Source: an uncultured Candidatus Saccharibacteria bacterium | Lineage (GTDB): Bacteria > Patescibacteriota > Doudnabacteria > UBA920 | Length of the DNA stretch: 64,000 nucleotides | Reading direction: 5' to 3' | NCBI GenBank assembly: GCA_964520505.1 | Contig: CAZFQP010000002.1 | Coordinates: forward strand, 26,804-90,803 | Shown here: piece by piece, positions 55,475 through 64,000 of the stretch | Numbering within the stretch: position 1 is the first letter of the stretch | How the letters are laid out: each line of letters opens with the position of its first letter | The notes under the pieces: generated by a model | The model's input: the letters and a program-made list of their open reading frames with translations, nothing else | Database searches by the model: none | Told to the model about the DNA's origin: nothing | Translations under genes and position numbers: made by a program

Positions 55475-56059
55475 ATGAATATAACTTCCGCAAAATTTAT
55501 TAAAGGTATTATTGGGCCGGATGATGCTTTATACGATGGTGTCCCCCAAATCGCTTTTATTGGACGCTCCAATGTGGGAAAATCCAGCGTGATTAACACT
55601 TTGGCCAATAAAAAAGACCTTGCGCGCACCAGCTCTCTGCCCGGTCGCACGCAGGAAATAAACTTATTTTTAATGTCAGCCGCCGGCGTGAAAAATTCTT
55701 TTTACCTGGTGGATTTACCCGGCTATGGCTTTGCCAAAGCCTCCAAAGACCTGCAGGAAAAAATCCAACAATTAATTTATTGGTATTTTTTTAACTCGGA
55801 AGTCCAGCAGAAAAAAGTAGTGCTAATTATAGACGCCAACATTGGCGCCACAAATACAGACATGGAAATGTTGTTTAGCTTAAAAGACCATCACAAAGAC
55901 GTAATTATAGTGGCCAATAAAATCGACAAACTAAAAAGCAACGCCTTAGCCAAGCAATTAAACGATATTCAAAACTCGGTTGGCGACTATAAAATTATCC
56001 CCTACTCCGCGGAAAAACGAATTGGCGTTACAGAATTGGCTAATGAGATGATGAAATAA
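55475..56059 (+). CDS. engB: ribosome biogenesis GTP-binding protein EngB/YsxC
   Basis: 194 aa; 'GRSNVGKSS' G1 and 'DLPGYG' G3 motifs. Confidence 0.85.
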   Translation: MNITSAKFIKGIIGPDDALYDGVPQIAFIGRSNVGKSSVINTLANKKDLARTSSLPGRTQEINLFLMSAAGVKNSFYLVDLPGYGFAKASKDLQEKIQQLIYWYFFNSEVQQKKVVLIIDANIGATNTDMEMLFSLKDHHKDVIIVANKIDKLKSNALAKQLNDIQNSVGDYKIIPYSAEKRIGVTELANEMMK

Positions 56060-56122
56060 TTTCTTGCTTCTAGGAAGAGGGTCGTCCTCTTTCCAGATAT
56101 TAAATTTGATTGTATAAAAACT

Positions 56123-56638
56123 ATGGGGAAGACAATTCGCCTTTCATTTTTTGTTATTTTTGCCGCATATTTTATTTCCTGCGCCGCCTCGCCGGCCGAA
56201 TGGCATTTTATAGACGGGGTTAATTTAATTTTTCACGAAGCCGGCCATTGGCTGTTTTGGCCTATGGGAGAATTTTTACATATTCTTGGAGGCAGTTTAA
56301 ATCAAGTTTTAATTCCCCTGCTTATTTCGTTTTACTTTTTTTGGAAAAAACAGCCTGTCTCCGCTTTCGCGGTTTTGCTCTGGGCAGGCCAAAGCCTAAT
56401 AAATATTTCTGTTTATGCAGCCGATGCCACAAAAATGCAATTACCTCTGTTAGGCGGCGATAGTTCCACTCACGACTGGAACTGGTTGTTAATTTACTTG
56501 GGGCAATTAAGGCATACCCCACAAATAGCACAAGTAATAACTGTCTGCGGCTGGCTGGTTCTATTGGCTGGACTTTTTGGGGGCATATATTTTATACTTA
56601 TTGAATCTAAAAAAGTAGACTATGGACAAACTAATTAA
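56123..56638 (+). CDS. membrane protein with HExxH motif (putative zincin-like membrane peptidase, DUF3267-like)
   Basis: 171 aa; 4-5 TM; 'IFHEAGHWLFWP' HExxH within the first TM region. Confidence 0.4.
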   Translation: MGKTIRLSFFVIFAAYFISCAASPAEWHFIDGVNLIFHEAGHWLFWPMGEFLHILGGSLNQVLIPLLISFYFFWKKQPVSAFAVLLWAGQSLINISVYAADATKMQLPLLGGDSSTHDWNWLLIYLGQLRHTPQIAQVITVCGWLVLLAGLFGGIYFILIESKKVDYGQTN

Positions 56639-56765
56639 TCATAAAAAAAATAAAGTAATTCTCGCCAAGCCCTCTCTTCCCCTCGCTCCTGCTCGGGGCA
56701 CTCTCTCCCGCAAAACACCCTCATCCGGCCTACGGCCACCTTCCCCCAAAGGGGGGAAGGAAAAA

Positions 56766-57923
56766 ATGAATGGTCTTTTGGGAGAGAGGAAAAAAGTGAT
56801 TCTCGCTATTGAGACTTCCTGCGACGAGACCGCGGCGGCGGTTTTGGAAATAATCCCTCACCCTACTCTCTCCCGCAAGGGGCGAGGAGGGAATGCGCAG
56901 TGGCCGGAAATTGCCACCTTGTCTTCTGTTGTCAGATCGCAAATTAAACTGCATAGCAAAATGGGCGGCGTAGTGCCGGAAGTTGCCGCCAGGGCGCACG
57001 TAAAAAATATCCGCCCCGTGGTGGAAGCCGCTCTCAAAGCTAGCAGCTATAAACTAGAAGCTATAAGCTATATCGCCGTTACCGCCGGCCCCGGACTAAT
57101 TCCGTCTTTAATTGTTGGCGTTGAATTTGCCAAAGCACTTTCTCTGGCCACCGGTATTCCGCTCTTACCCACTAACCATATGCTAGGACACCTATACTCG
57201 CCTTTTGGGCGAGTAAAATCCAAAATCCAAATTTCCAATGACGAATCACACCCAGAAGGCTGCCTTCTGGGGCAGCCCCAGAAGGCAGCCTTCTTTCCAA
57301 TGATTGCTTTAATCGTTAGTGGCGGACACACGATGATTGTGTTAATGGAAAACGAAAAAAACTATCGGGTGCTTGGACAAACCGTAGACGACGCGGCAGG
57401 TGAAGCATTTGATAAAGTTGCCAAGCTCCTTGGCCTCCCCTACCCCGGCGGGCCGGAAGTTTCAAGGCTGGCTTTGTCCGGCAACCCGGAAGCCATAAAA
57501 TTTCCCCGTCCAATGCTAAATAATAAAAATTATAACTTTTCCTTCTCCGGCCTAAAAACCGCCGTACTGTACTATGTAAAAGATAAGGGATTAGGGATAA
57601 AGGATAAAAATATTGTCAACGATATTTGCGCCTCTTTCCAAGCCGCTGCAGTAGACGTGCTGGTGCAAAAAACTATGCGCGCTGCCAAAGAATTTAAAGC
57701 TAAATCTGTTTCCCTGTCCGGCGGCGTTTCCGCCAATCGCCTCCTGAGAAGTGAACTAGAAGCTATGAGCTATAAACTAAAAGCTAATTTTTTCGTTCCC
57801 CCATTTAACCTTTGTACCGACAACGCGGAAATGATAGGCATAGCCGCGGCCTTTGCCCTGCATAACGGCAAAAAACCAGTGCCTTATAAAAAGGTTAAGG
57901 CGGACAGCAATATGGAATTGTAA
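56766..57923 (+). CDS. tsaD: tRNA N6-adenosine threonylcarbamoyltransferase TsaD (Kae1/Gcp family)
   Basis: ~385 aa from the ATG at 56766 preceded by GGGGGGAAGG. It has 'ILAIETSCDETAAAV', metal-binding 'HMLGH' and 'AGGV' motifs. There are two insertions relative to E. coli TsaD, one of which is a 41-nt perfect palindrome. The ORF-track start at 56622 overlaps the upstream gene and reads through GC-rich repeats, so it is probably not real. Confidence 0.85.
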   Translation: MNGLLGERKKVILAIETSCDETAAAVLEIIPHPTLSRKGRGGNAQWPEIATLSSVVRSQIKLHSKMGGVVPEVAARAHVKNIRPVVEAALKASSYKLEAISYIAVTAGPGLIPSLIVGVEFAKALSLATGIPLLPTNHMLGHLYSPFGRVKSKIQISNDESHPEGCLLGQPQKAAFFPMIALIVSGGHTMIVLMENEKNYRVLGQTVDDAAGEAFDKVAKLLGLPYPGGPEVSRLALSGNPEAIKFPRPMLNNKNYNFSFSGLKTAVLYYVKDKGLGIKDKNIVNDICASFQAAAVDVLVQKTMRAAKEFKAKSVSLSGGVSANRLLRSELEAMSYKLKANFFVPPFNLCTDNAEMIGIAAAFALHNGKKPVPYKKVKADSNMEL

Positions 57924-58276
57924 AATTTGCTAAAAAAATTGTTAGTGCTATAATTTAATTATGCCCAGTAGAGCTACTTTGAAAAATAATTTCAAGATAC
58001 CTCGAACAGTGGCATTAGCAATATTGTTAATATCTTTCTTAGATAATAATTCAAAGTGATTCTACTGGGTATGATTAAATCGGGCTTACAATTTATGATT
58101 TCTTTCTCCTCCTCTTCCTCCTCTAGCCGCAAGGCAGAGTGGGAATTTTAGGTTTATCTAAATTTCTCCCCCGCTCTGCATTTAGAGCGGGTTTTTTGTT
58201 TTCTGATATCTGCCGTAAATATTAAGGTAGGTATGAGGAAAGAAAAATCCTCAAATTCAGGCTTTAAGGAGGCCTT

Positions 58277-58570
58277 ATGACTGTATTGCGTTTTAATAGT
58301 TTGGCGCATGCTGATGCCTTCGCCACTAGATATCTGGTCGGCCATGATTGGATGACTTTCTATGGCGAAAGCCAGGTATGTATTGTCTGCGAAGATACAG
58401 ACATCGATCACGAACGCCACACCATTGCCGGCCTACTCGAGGAAACCCGAGTTCCGTGGACCAGAGAAAGAATCAGCCATGATCTGACCAATGACAGCTG
58501 GGACAACTTTTTTGCCCGAGCCATTGTGAACTCGGCCATGGGCGAGGTTGTCTTCTCGCATATCAGCTAG
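58277..58570 (+). CDS. hypothetical protein (GC-rich cassette J, gene 1)
   Basis: 97 aa; AAGGAGG 5 nt upstream of the ATG; N-terminus loosely resembles cassette D gene 2. Confidence 0.45.
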   Translation: MTVLRFNSLAHADAFATRYLVGHDWMTFYGESQVCIVCEDTDIDHERHTIAGLLEETRVPWTRERISHDLTNDSWDNFFARAIVNSAMGEVVFSHIS

Positions 58571-58579
58571 GGGCAACCC

Positions 58580-58864
58580 ATGGAAAGTTTTAACACTCTG
58601 GCTTTTATATTCGGCAGCTCGCCCCTACCGGCCACACCGGACGGGGCGACCTGCCTGGTCATTGGCAATGTTATTCTGGTTTGCGGATGGGACGAAGAGG
58701 TTGTCCCTCCTAGCTGGCCAGACCCTGTAAGAACCAAGCTCTGTCTGTCCGCCGTTGCCAACTTTCTCATACGCTTCGGCACAGATAAATGCTGGGACTG
58801 CATCGTGGACAATTACGGCAGCGATGCCGTGGTCTTACCGACCGCCCAGGCCGGGTGCTCCTAA
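58580..58864 (+). CDS. hypothetical Cys-containing protein (GC-rich cassette J, gene 2)
   Basis: 94 aa; AGGGG 7 nt upstream; 9 nt after gene 1. Confidence 0.45.
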   Translation: MESFNTLAFIFGSSPLPATPDGATCLVIGNVILVCGWDEEVVPPSWPDPVRTKLCLSAVANFLIRFGTDKCWDCIVDNYGSDAVVLPTAQAGCS

Positions 58865-59121
58865 CGGAGCCCCGGCCTTTCTTTATACTTGCTACTTGCT
58901 ACTTGCTGCTATATAATAAACCTAAGCTTATGTTTCGGCTGTCACCGAAGCGGCGCCAAAAGAACGTCAAATTATTGACTAAGTAGACTTGGCCGGAAGT
59001 TATCCGTAAATAACACAATTAAGTAAATTTGAGATGGCACCGCCCGCGAGGGTTCTCACACCGTATTTAACGGTGTTTTATTTTGCTTAATTCTTAATTC
59101 ATTATTCTTAATTCTAGTATT

Positions 59122-61353
59122 ATGGACTTACCAAAAGCCTACGACCACTCCCAAGTGGAAGATAATATTTACCAAACCTGGTTGGATAGCGGTTATTTTA
59201 ATCCGGACAAATTGCCGGAAAGCGAAAGCCGCGAACCTTTTACCATTTCCCTACCGCCTCCTAATGTAACCGGGGTGCTGCATCTTGGCCACGCATTTGA
59301 AGACACCATTCAAGACACTGTTATTAGATATCAAAGAATGAATGGCAAACGCGCGCTTTGGGTTCCGGGGACTGACCACGCGGCCATTGCGACTCAGGCT
59401 AAATTTGAAAAAGAACACTATAAAAAAGAGGGTAAATCTAGGCACGAATACTCCCGCGAAGATTTTTTCAAGATGATTCAAACTTTTGCCTTAGAAAACC
59501 AAAAAAATATTTTGTCGCAACTGCGCAAGCTTGGACTGTCTATGGACTGGAGCCGCCTGGCTTTTACCTTAGACCAAAACCGGGAACTGGCCGTGAGAAC
59601 GGCATTTAAAGAAATGTTTGACTCCGGGCTTATTTATAGAGGAGACCGGGTGGTTAATTGGGATCCAAAAGGCCAAACCACAGTTTCAGACGACGAAATT
59701 GAATATGAGGAAAATAAAACTAAGCTATACACTTTTCGCTATGCTAAAAATTTCCCCATAGCAATTTCCACAACCAGGCCGGAAACCAAAGTCGGCGACA
59801 CCGCCGTGGCAGTTCACCCCGAAGATGAAAGGTACAAAAAATTTATAGGACAAGAGTTTGACTTGGAATTTTGCGGCACCCCCTTGCATATAATAATCGT
59901 TGCAGACAAAGAAGTAGACCCGGCGTTTGGCACCGGCGCGCTTGGCGTCACCCCGGCCCATAGCGCGGTTGACTATGAAATCGCCCAAAGACATAATTTA
60001 CCGCTAAAAACAGTTATAAACGAATTCGCCAAAATGACTGTAAAAAGCGAGCTGTTGCAGGGCAAAAAAACCTCCGAGGCCAGGCTGATTGTGGCTGACT
60101 GGCTAAGACAACAAGGCTTGATGGAAAAAGAAGAAGACACCACACAAAACCTTTCCAAAGCACAACGCACAGGTGGAGTTATTGAGCCCCTGCCAAAACT
60201 GCAGTGGTTTATTAACGTAAATAAAAAATTTAAAGCCAAAGGAAATAAACTTACAGGCATAAAAGACGGCGAAGAAATAACCCTAAAAGAGTTGATGGTT
60301 CGCGTAGTCAAAAACAAACAGATAGAAATCATGCCGGAAAGGTTTGAAAAAATATACTACCACTGGATTGATAACCTGCGCGATTGGTGTATTTCCAGAC
60401 AAATAATTTATGGGCATCAAATTCCGGTTTGGTATCGCCCTGCCCCTTCCTCCCCTTCTGAGGGGAGGACACAGGAGAGGTCGAACGAAATTTATTGCAA
60501 TATTACTCCCCCAAAAGAAGAGGGGTGGACTCAAGACACCGACACACTGGATACCTGGTTTTCCAGTGGACTGTGGACTTTTTCTACTTTGGGCTGGCCA
60601 AACCAAACCGAAGATTTTAAAATGTTCCACCCGACTTCCGTTATGATGCCGGGCTATGAAATTTTATTTTTCTGGGTCGCGCGTATGATTCTAATGAGCG
60701 GCTTTTTGCTTGGCGATATACCTTTTCATAAAGTTTATTTGCATGGCATTGTTCGCGACAAACAAGGCAGAAAATTCAGCAAGTCCTTAAATAACGGCGT
60801 TGACCCTTTGGAAATGATATCCAAATACGGCACGGACGCGCTAAGGTTCGCATTAGTTTTTGGGGCAGCCCCGGGCAATGACGTTATGTTTGATGAACAA
60901 AAAATCAAAGGTATGAAGCATTTTGCCAACAAGCTTTGGAATATATCGCGTTATATTCTTATGAACATAACAATTTCAAATTCCCAATTTCAAATTTCAA
61001 ATTTGGAGCCACAAACTCAGGCAGATACGGAAATTTTGGCAAAGTTGGAAGCTACCATAAAATCTGTCACCAAAAATTTGGACAGCTATAATTTACACGA
61101 GGCAGCGCAGGAAATTTACCAATTCACCTGGCGCGAGTTTGCGGATATTTATTTGGAAGCTTCTAAAGCGCAGCTTAACAACGAAGAACAAAAAGCTAAC
61201 ACTCAGACCATCTTAACCCATTCGCTGATTCAAATTCTAAAATTGCTCCACCCCTTTATGCCGTTTATTACCGAACATATTTGGGGTCTAATGCAAGAGC
61301 AAGGGCTATTAGATAAAAATGATCTGCTAATAATTTCTAACTGGCCTAAATAA
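59122..61353 (+). CDS. valS: valine--tRNA ligase (short form lacking the long C-terminal coiled coil)
   Basis: 743 aa; 'PPPNVTGVLHLGHAF' HIGH and 'KFSKSLNN' KMSKS; ValRS-type editing-domain and anticodon-binding regions; contains an AAATTTC heptamer array and a GC hairpin in-frame. Confidence 0.85.
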   Translation: MDLPKAYDHSQVEDNIYQTWLDSGYFNPDKLPESESREPFTISLPPPNVTGVLHLGHAFEDTIQDTVIRYQRMNGKRALWVPGTDHAAIATQAKFEKEHYKKEGKSRHEYSREDFFKMIQTFALENQKNILSQLRKLGLSMDWSRLAFTLDQNRELAVRTAFKEMFDSGLIYRGDRVVNWDPKGQTTVSDDEIEYEENKTKLYTFRYAKNFPIAISTTRPETKVGDTAVAVHPEDERYKKFIGQEFDLEFCGTPLHIIIVADKEVDPAFGTGALGVTPAHSAVDYEIAQRHNLPLKTVINEFAKMTVKSELLQGKKTSEARLIVADWLRQQGLMEKEEDTTQNLSKAQRTGGVIEPLPKLQWFINVNKKFKAKGNKLTGIKDGEEITLKELMVRVVKNKQIEIMPERFEKIYYHWIDNLRDWCISRQIIYGHQIPVWYRPAPSSPSEGRTQERSNEIYCNITPPKEEGWTQDTDTLDTWFSSGLWTFSTLGWPNQTEDFKMFHPTSVMMPGYEILFFWVARMILMSGFLLGDIPFHKVYLHGIVRDKQGRKFSKSLNNGVDPLEMISKYGTDALRFALVFGAAPGNDVMFDEQKIKGMKHFANKLWNISRYILMNITISNSQFQISNLEPQTQADTEILAKLEATIKSVTKNLDSYNLHEAAQEIYQFTWREFADIYLEASKAQLNNEEQKANTQTILTHSLIQILKLLHPFMPFITEHIWGLMQEQGLLDKNDLLIISNWPK

Positions 61354-61420
61354 AATTATTTAGATTTATAAAAAGCAGCTTCTAAGGAAGGTGCTTTTTA
61401 GTTGAACTTATTATCTAAGC

Positions 61421-63463
61421 CTATTTAACTCTTATTTCTTGGCTTGTATCGCTATAGTTGCCCGCATTATCAAATGCACGAACAGTAATGGTATGTTTAC
61501 CGGATTCTATAAACGGCATAAACAAAGAAGATCCGGTAGGTAAAAAATAATTATTATCTACCGTCACATAATAATTTTTTTGCAGGCCGCTTAATTCATC
61601 ACGGGAAAAAAATTCCATTCTCAAAATTTCACCTTTGGTTAAATTGATATTACTGAGTTTCATAGTTGGCGCCTCGGGCGGCGTAGTGTCTACTTTAACC
61701 TTAACATAACTAGCGGGGTAAACCGGTTTTCCTGCTTTCCATAATAACGTATGAAAATAATAAATCCCGTCCTTTTCCACTTGCAGCTTAATAAATTTTT
61801 TATCCGATAACCAGCCTTGGTAATTTTTATCCGGCACGGATTCTTTGTCTTGGTCAAAAGAGTAGGAAATTTTTTGTCCAACTGGATTGTTCCAGTAAAA
61901 CATAATATTTTTATCCGCATACCACCTCTCACTGTCCGGATGGCTGGGAGAAATTACTAACGGATACGTTTGTAACTCATCTATCCCTTCGGTGATATTA
62001 TAACTGGCATTATCGGCGTGCCTTAAAACATCTGTACCCAAACCGTCATTAGCCAAAACCTGAGTATACGGACTAAAAGTAAATGAAACCGCTCCTTCTT
62101 TTAAGGGTTTAACAATTAACTCCGCCACTACCCCTTCGTCTCCGTTAAAACCAGGAGTAGGAACACCACAAACAATAGTCACCTCGCCTTTTTTATTGTC
62201 GATAGATTTTTCCACGAATAAGTCATCTTGGCAGAAAGAATGAGTGGTATTTATATCTCTCACTTCAACCATTGCTGGATCGTAATTTATTACAATATTT
62301 GCTGCATTAATATTCTCTCCCCCACTAATTAATTTAACAGCCAATTGTTGTTGATATTTTTTTTCAAAGACTCCAAATTCCGGTTCAAACCGTAATACTG
62401 AGTTATAAATCCGCGCTGTTGGCTGAGCCAATTTAATGGGTTTTTGTTTTTGAGGACGATTATTCCAAATGGTAAAGCTTAAACCTATTACCAAGCTCCC
62501 TGTAAGCATCCAAATAAAAACTTTTGTATACTTTCCTCGAAAATATTTATGGCGACGGTTAATACAAAAGGCAATAACCAACAAAATAAAGGTCCAAATA
62601 ACCAGCAAAATTCCTAATTCCGGCCAGTAACTAACGGGGATAAAAACCAAAACCCCACCCTCACTTTTTTCCGTGCCATTTAATACTATATTCTCAACAT
62701 ACAACTCATGGCCGTCAATAACTACCAAATCCCCACCCCTACCCTTTTTTATCCAATCAGACCCGGCGTTGAATAAATTATTCAATTTTGACGCAATATC
62801 CGGATTAGAAAAACTTTGCCCCACAATCCCTCTAGATTTTAAATAAAACGCCGTATCAGCCTGGAACTCGCTATGAATACCTTTTAGCCTTTCGGCTGTT
62901 TTATTATTTAACGAATACCCGCCAAACACCGTGCCAACCATTTTTCCATTGTCTAAAATCGGACTGCTGGCAATAAGGATAAAATCATTTTCATCAATGG
63001 AGCTTTTTTCAAAAGAAACAAGACTTTTGCCTTCAGCAGCAGCCCGGCCCAGCGGGCTGTTGTAAAACATATTATCCCCTCTTTTGGATACTGTTCTGGT
63101 TCTGGTTAAGGTCACCCCTTCCTGGTTGACGACCGAGGCAAAATCCAACCCGCGCTTTTCGCTTTCTTGGGATAAAATTGATAAACAACCTAAGACATCC
63201 TCACTCATTACGTATTTTTTTAAAATTTCCGACTTGGCAATTTCCGCTGCGTATATTTTCAACTGGGAGGTCTCTTTCTGTAAAATTTCCTTGGCTATAG
63301 AAGTTTTTAAACTAATTTCTTTTTTTTGTAATACGTCCTGAAAATAATTAGCCACAGGGAACATAGCCAGGAATATAAACATCCCCAACAAGATGCAGGC
63401 TATAACTACTTTGACTAAATTATAGAAATTGGCCAGCAGTTTTTTTATTTTTTCTTGAACCAT
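61421..63463 (-). CDS. large membrane-anchored extracellular protein, unknown function
   Basis: 680 aa; N-terminal TM, a second TM in the middle (~res 275-300), C-terminal Ig-like beta-rich region. Confidence 0.45.
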   Translation of the reverse strand: MVQEKIKKLLANFYNLVKVVIACILLGMFIFLAMFPVANYFQDVLQKKEISLKTSIAKEILQKETSQLKIYAAEIAKSEILKKYVMSEDVLGCLSILSQESEKRGLDFASVVNQEGVTLTRTRTVSKRGDNMFYNSPLGRAAAEGKSLVSFEKSSIDENDFILIASSPILDNGKMVGTVFGGYSLNNKTAERLKGIHSEFQADTAFYLKSRGIVGQSFSNPDIASKLNNLFNAGSDWIKKGRGGDLVVIDGHELYVENIVLNGTEKSEGGVLVFIPVSYWPELGILLVIWTFILLVIAFCINRRHKYFRGKYTKVFIWMLTGSLVIGLSFTIWNNRPQKQKPIKLAQPTARIYNSVLRFEPEFGVFEKKYQQQLAVKLISGGENINAANIVINYDPAMVEVRDINTTHSFCQDDLFVEKSIDNKKGEVTIVCGVPTPGFNGDEGVVAELIVKPLKEGAVSFTFSPYTQVLANDGLGTDVLRHADNASYNITEGIDELQTYPLVISPSHPDSERWYADKNIMFYWNNPVGQKISYSFDQDKESVPDKNYQGWLSDKKFIKLQVEKDGIYYFHTLLWKAGKPVYPASYVKVKVDTTPPEAPTMKLSNINLTKGEILRMEFFSRDELSGLQKNYYVTVDNNYFLPTGSSLFMPFIESGKHTITVRAFDNAGNYSDTSQEIRVK

Positions 63464-64000
63464 TTATTTTGACTGTTTTTCTATGTCGCTAATCTCTTCA
63501 ATCAAAAATTGTTCCATCCCTTTAAGATTCTTTTTCATTTCTTTAATCAGCAATTTTTCCTCAGCAGTCAAGTCACGTAACTGTTTTGCTCTTTCTAGCA
63601 AGGCCAACTGTTTGGACAAATTACCGCCTAATATCTGGAAAGCCTGATGCAGTGTAGCTTCGGTAATTTTTGCTTCTTTATGAATTTTACGCTTAAGTCT
63701 TTTAAATTTATGCCAAGAATACCATAGTAGTAATAGCATTAAAATAATCAACCCTGCTGCTGGTATTGCTATGGTCATCAGACTAATTATCCCACTACCT
63801 GCCTGAGTAAGTACCGATTTTTTCACCACTATCTTTACTTCATCTGAAGGACCGCTCTCAGCACCCCTACCATCGACGACAGTTGCCCATACAGCATAGA
63901 CCCCTTCTTTCAAACCTTTATCAACTACCAAAGTAAAATTACCGTCTTCGCCGCTCTTAGTTTCAAGCCTTTGTGGTTCGTCGTCAGTTTTACGGAAGTA
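63464..64000 (-). CDS. membrane protein with extracellular Ig-like segment, TM and cytoplasmic coiled coil (5' end beyond the window)
   Basis: ORF continues in frame to the window edge; its stop abuts the downstream start (TAAATG). Confidence 0.4.
   Translation of the reverse strand, partial: YFRKTDDEPQRLETKSGEDGNFTLVVDKGLKEGVYAVWATVVDGRGAESGPSDEVKIVVKKSVLTQAGSGIISLMTIAIPAAGLIILMLLLLWYSWHKFKRLKRKIHKEAKITEATLHQAFQILGGNLSKQLALLERAKQLRDLTAEEKLLIKEMKKNLKGMEQFLIEEISDIEKQSK

Noticed and set aside
56622-56765. ORF-track N-terminal extension of tsaD (MDKLINHKKNK...PSPKGGKEK)
   Set aside because: It overlaps the upstream gene, is low-complexity Pro/Ser-rich sequence translated from GC-rich repeat DNA, and a well-placed GGGGGGAAGG SD precedes the internal ATG at 56766 where canonical TsaD homology begins.

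Overview
This window looks like a ~42% GC, small-gene bacterial genome with Gram-positive-type RNA-processing genes, plausibly a CPR/Patescibacteria-like organism, though that placement is inference. The core is housekeeping genes: nusA, rny plus ymdB, sodA, rplS/trmD/KH protein/rpsP, uvrA/uvrC, secG, rnj, trpS, ychF, rpsF-ssb-rpsR-efp, trxB, htrA, two ABC exporters, engB, tsaD, valS, tRNA-Leu(CAG) and tRNA-Glu(UUC). Three further layers sit on top of this core. (1) A ~7.5 kb minus-strand operon (32680-40231) encodes five secreted proteins built from cohesin-like, dockerin, FN3, PKD and Big_2-like modules with no enzyme domains, which I read as a candidate cellulosome-like cell-surface assembly. 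(2) At least eleven short GC-rich islands (~52-60% GC) each carry one or two small ORFs with a canonical AAGGAGG-type Shine-Dalgarno and their own GC-rich terminator, whereas the native AT-rich genes mostly lack a Shine-Dalgarno sequence (SD). These self-contained cassettes include a lone pyrB, a secreted Cys-rich protein, a TonB_C-like protein and several translationally coupled gene pairs. (3) Several families of short repeats are present. They comprise AT-rich elements with 16-bp terminal inverted repeats, a GC-rich CACCCTCAYCC...GGGAGARGG hairpin family that flanks a DUF559 gene and recurs upstream of and inside tsaD and in valS, and pervasive heptanucleotide tandem arrays inside housekeeping coding sequences. 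These include a 41-nt perfect palindrome inside tsaD and a near-identical 30-nt tract shared by ychF and valS. No CRISPR array, rRNA or recognisable transposase was seen. Consensus TTGACA-N17/18-TATAAT promoters are frequent. Fine coordinates may be off by a base or two, because one spot (about 37140-37200) did not reconcile with the ORF track when I recounted it by hand.
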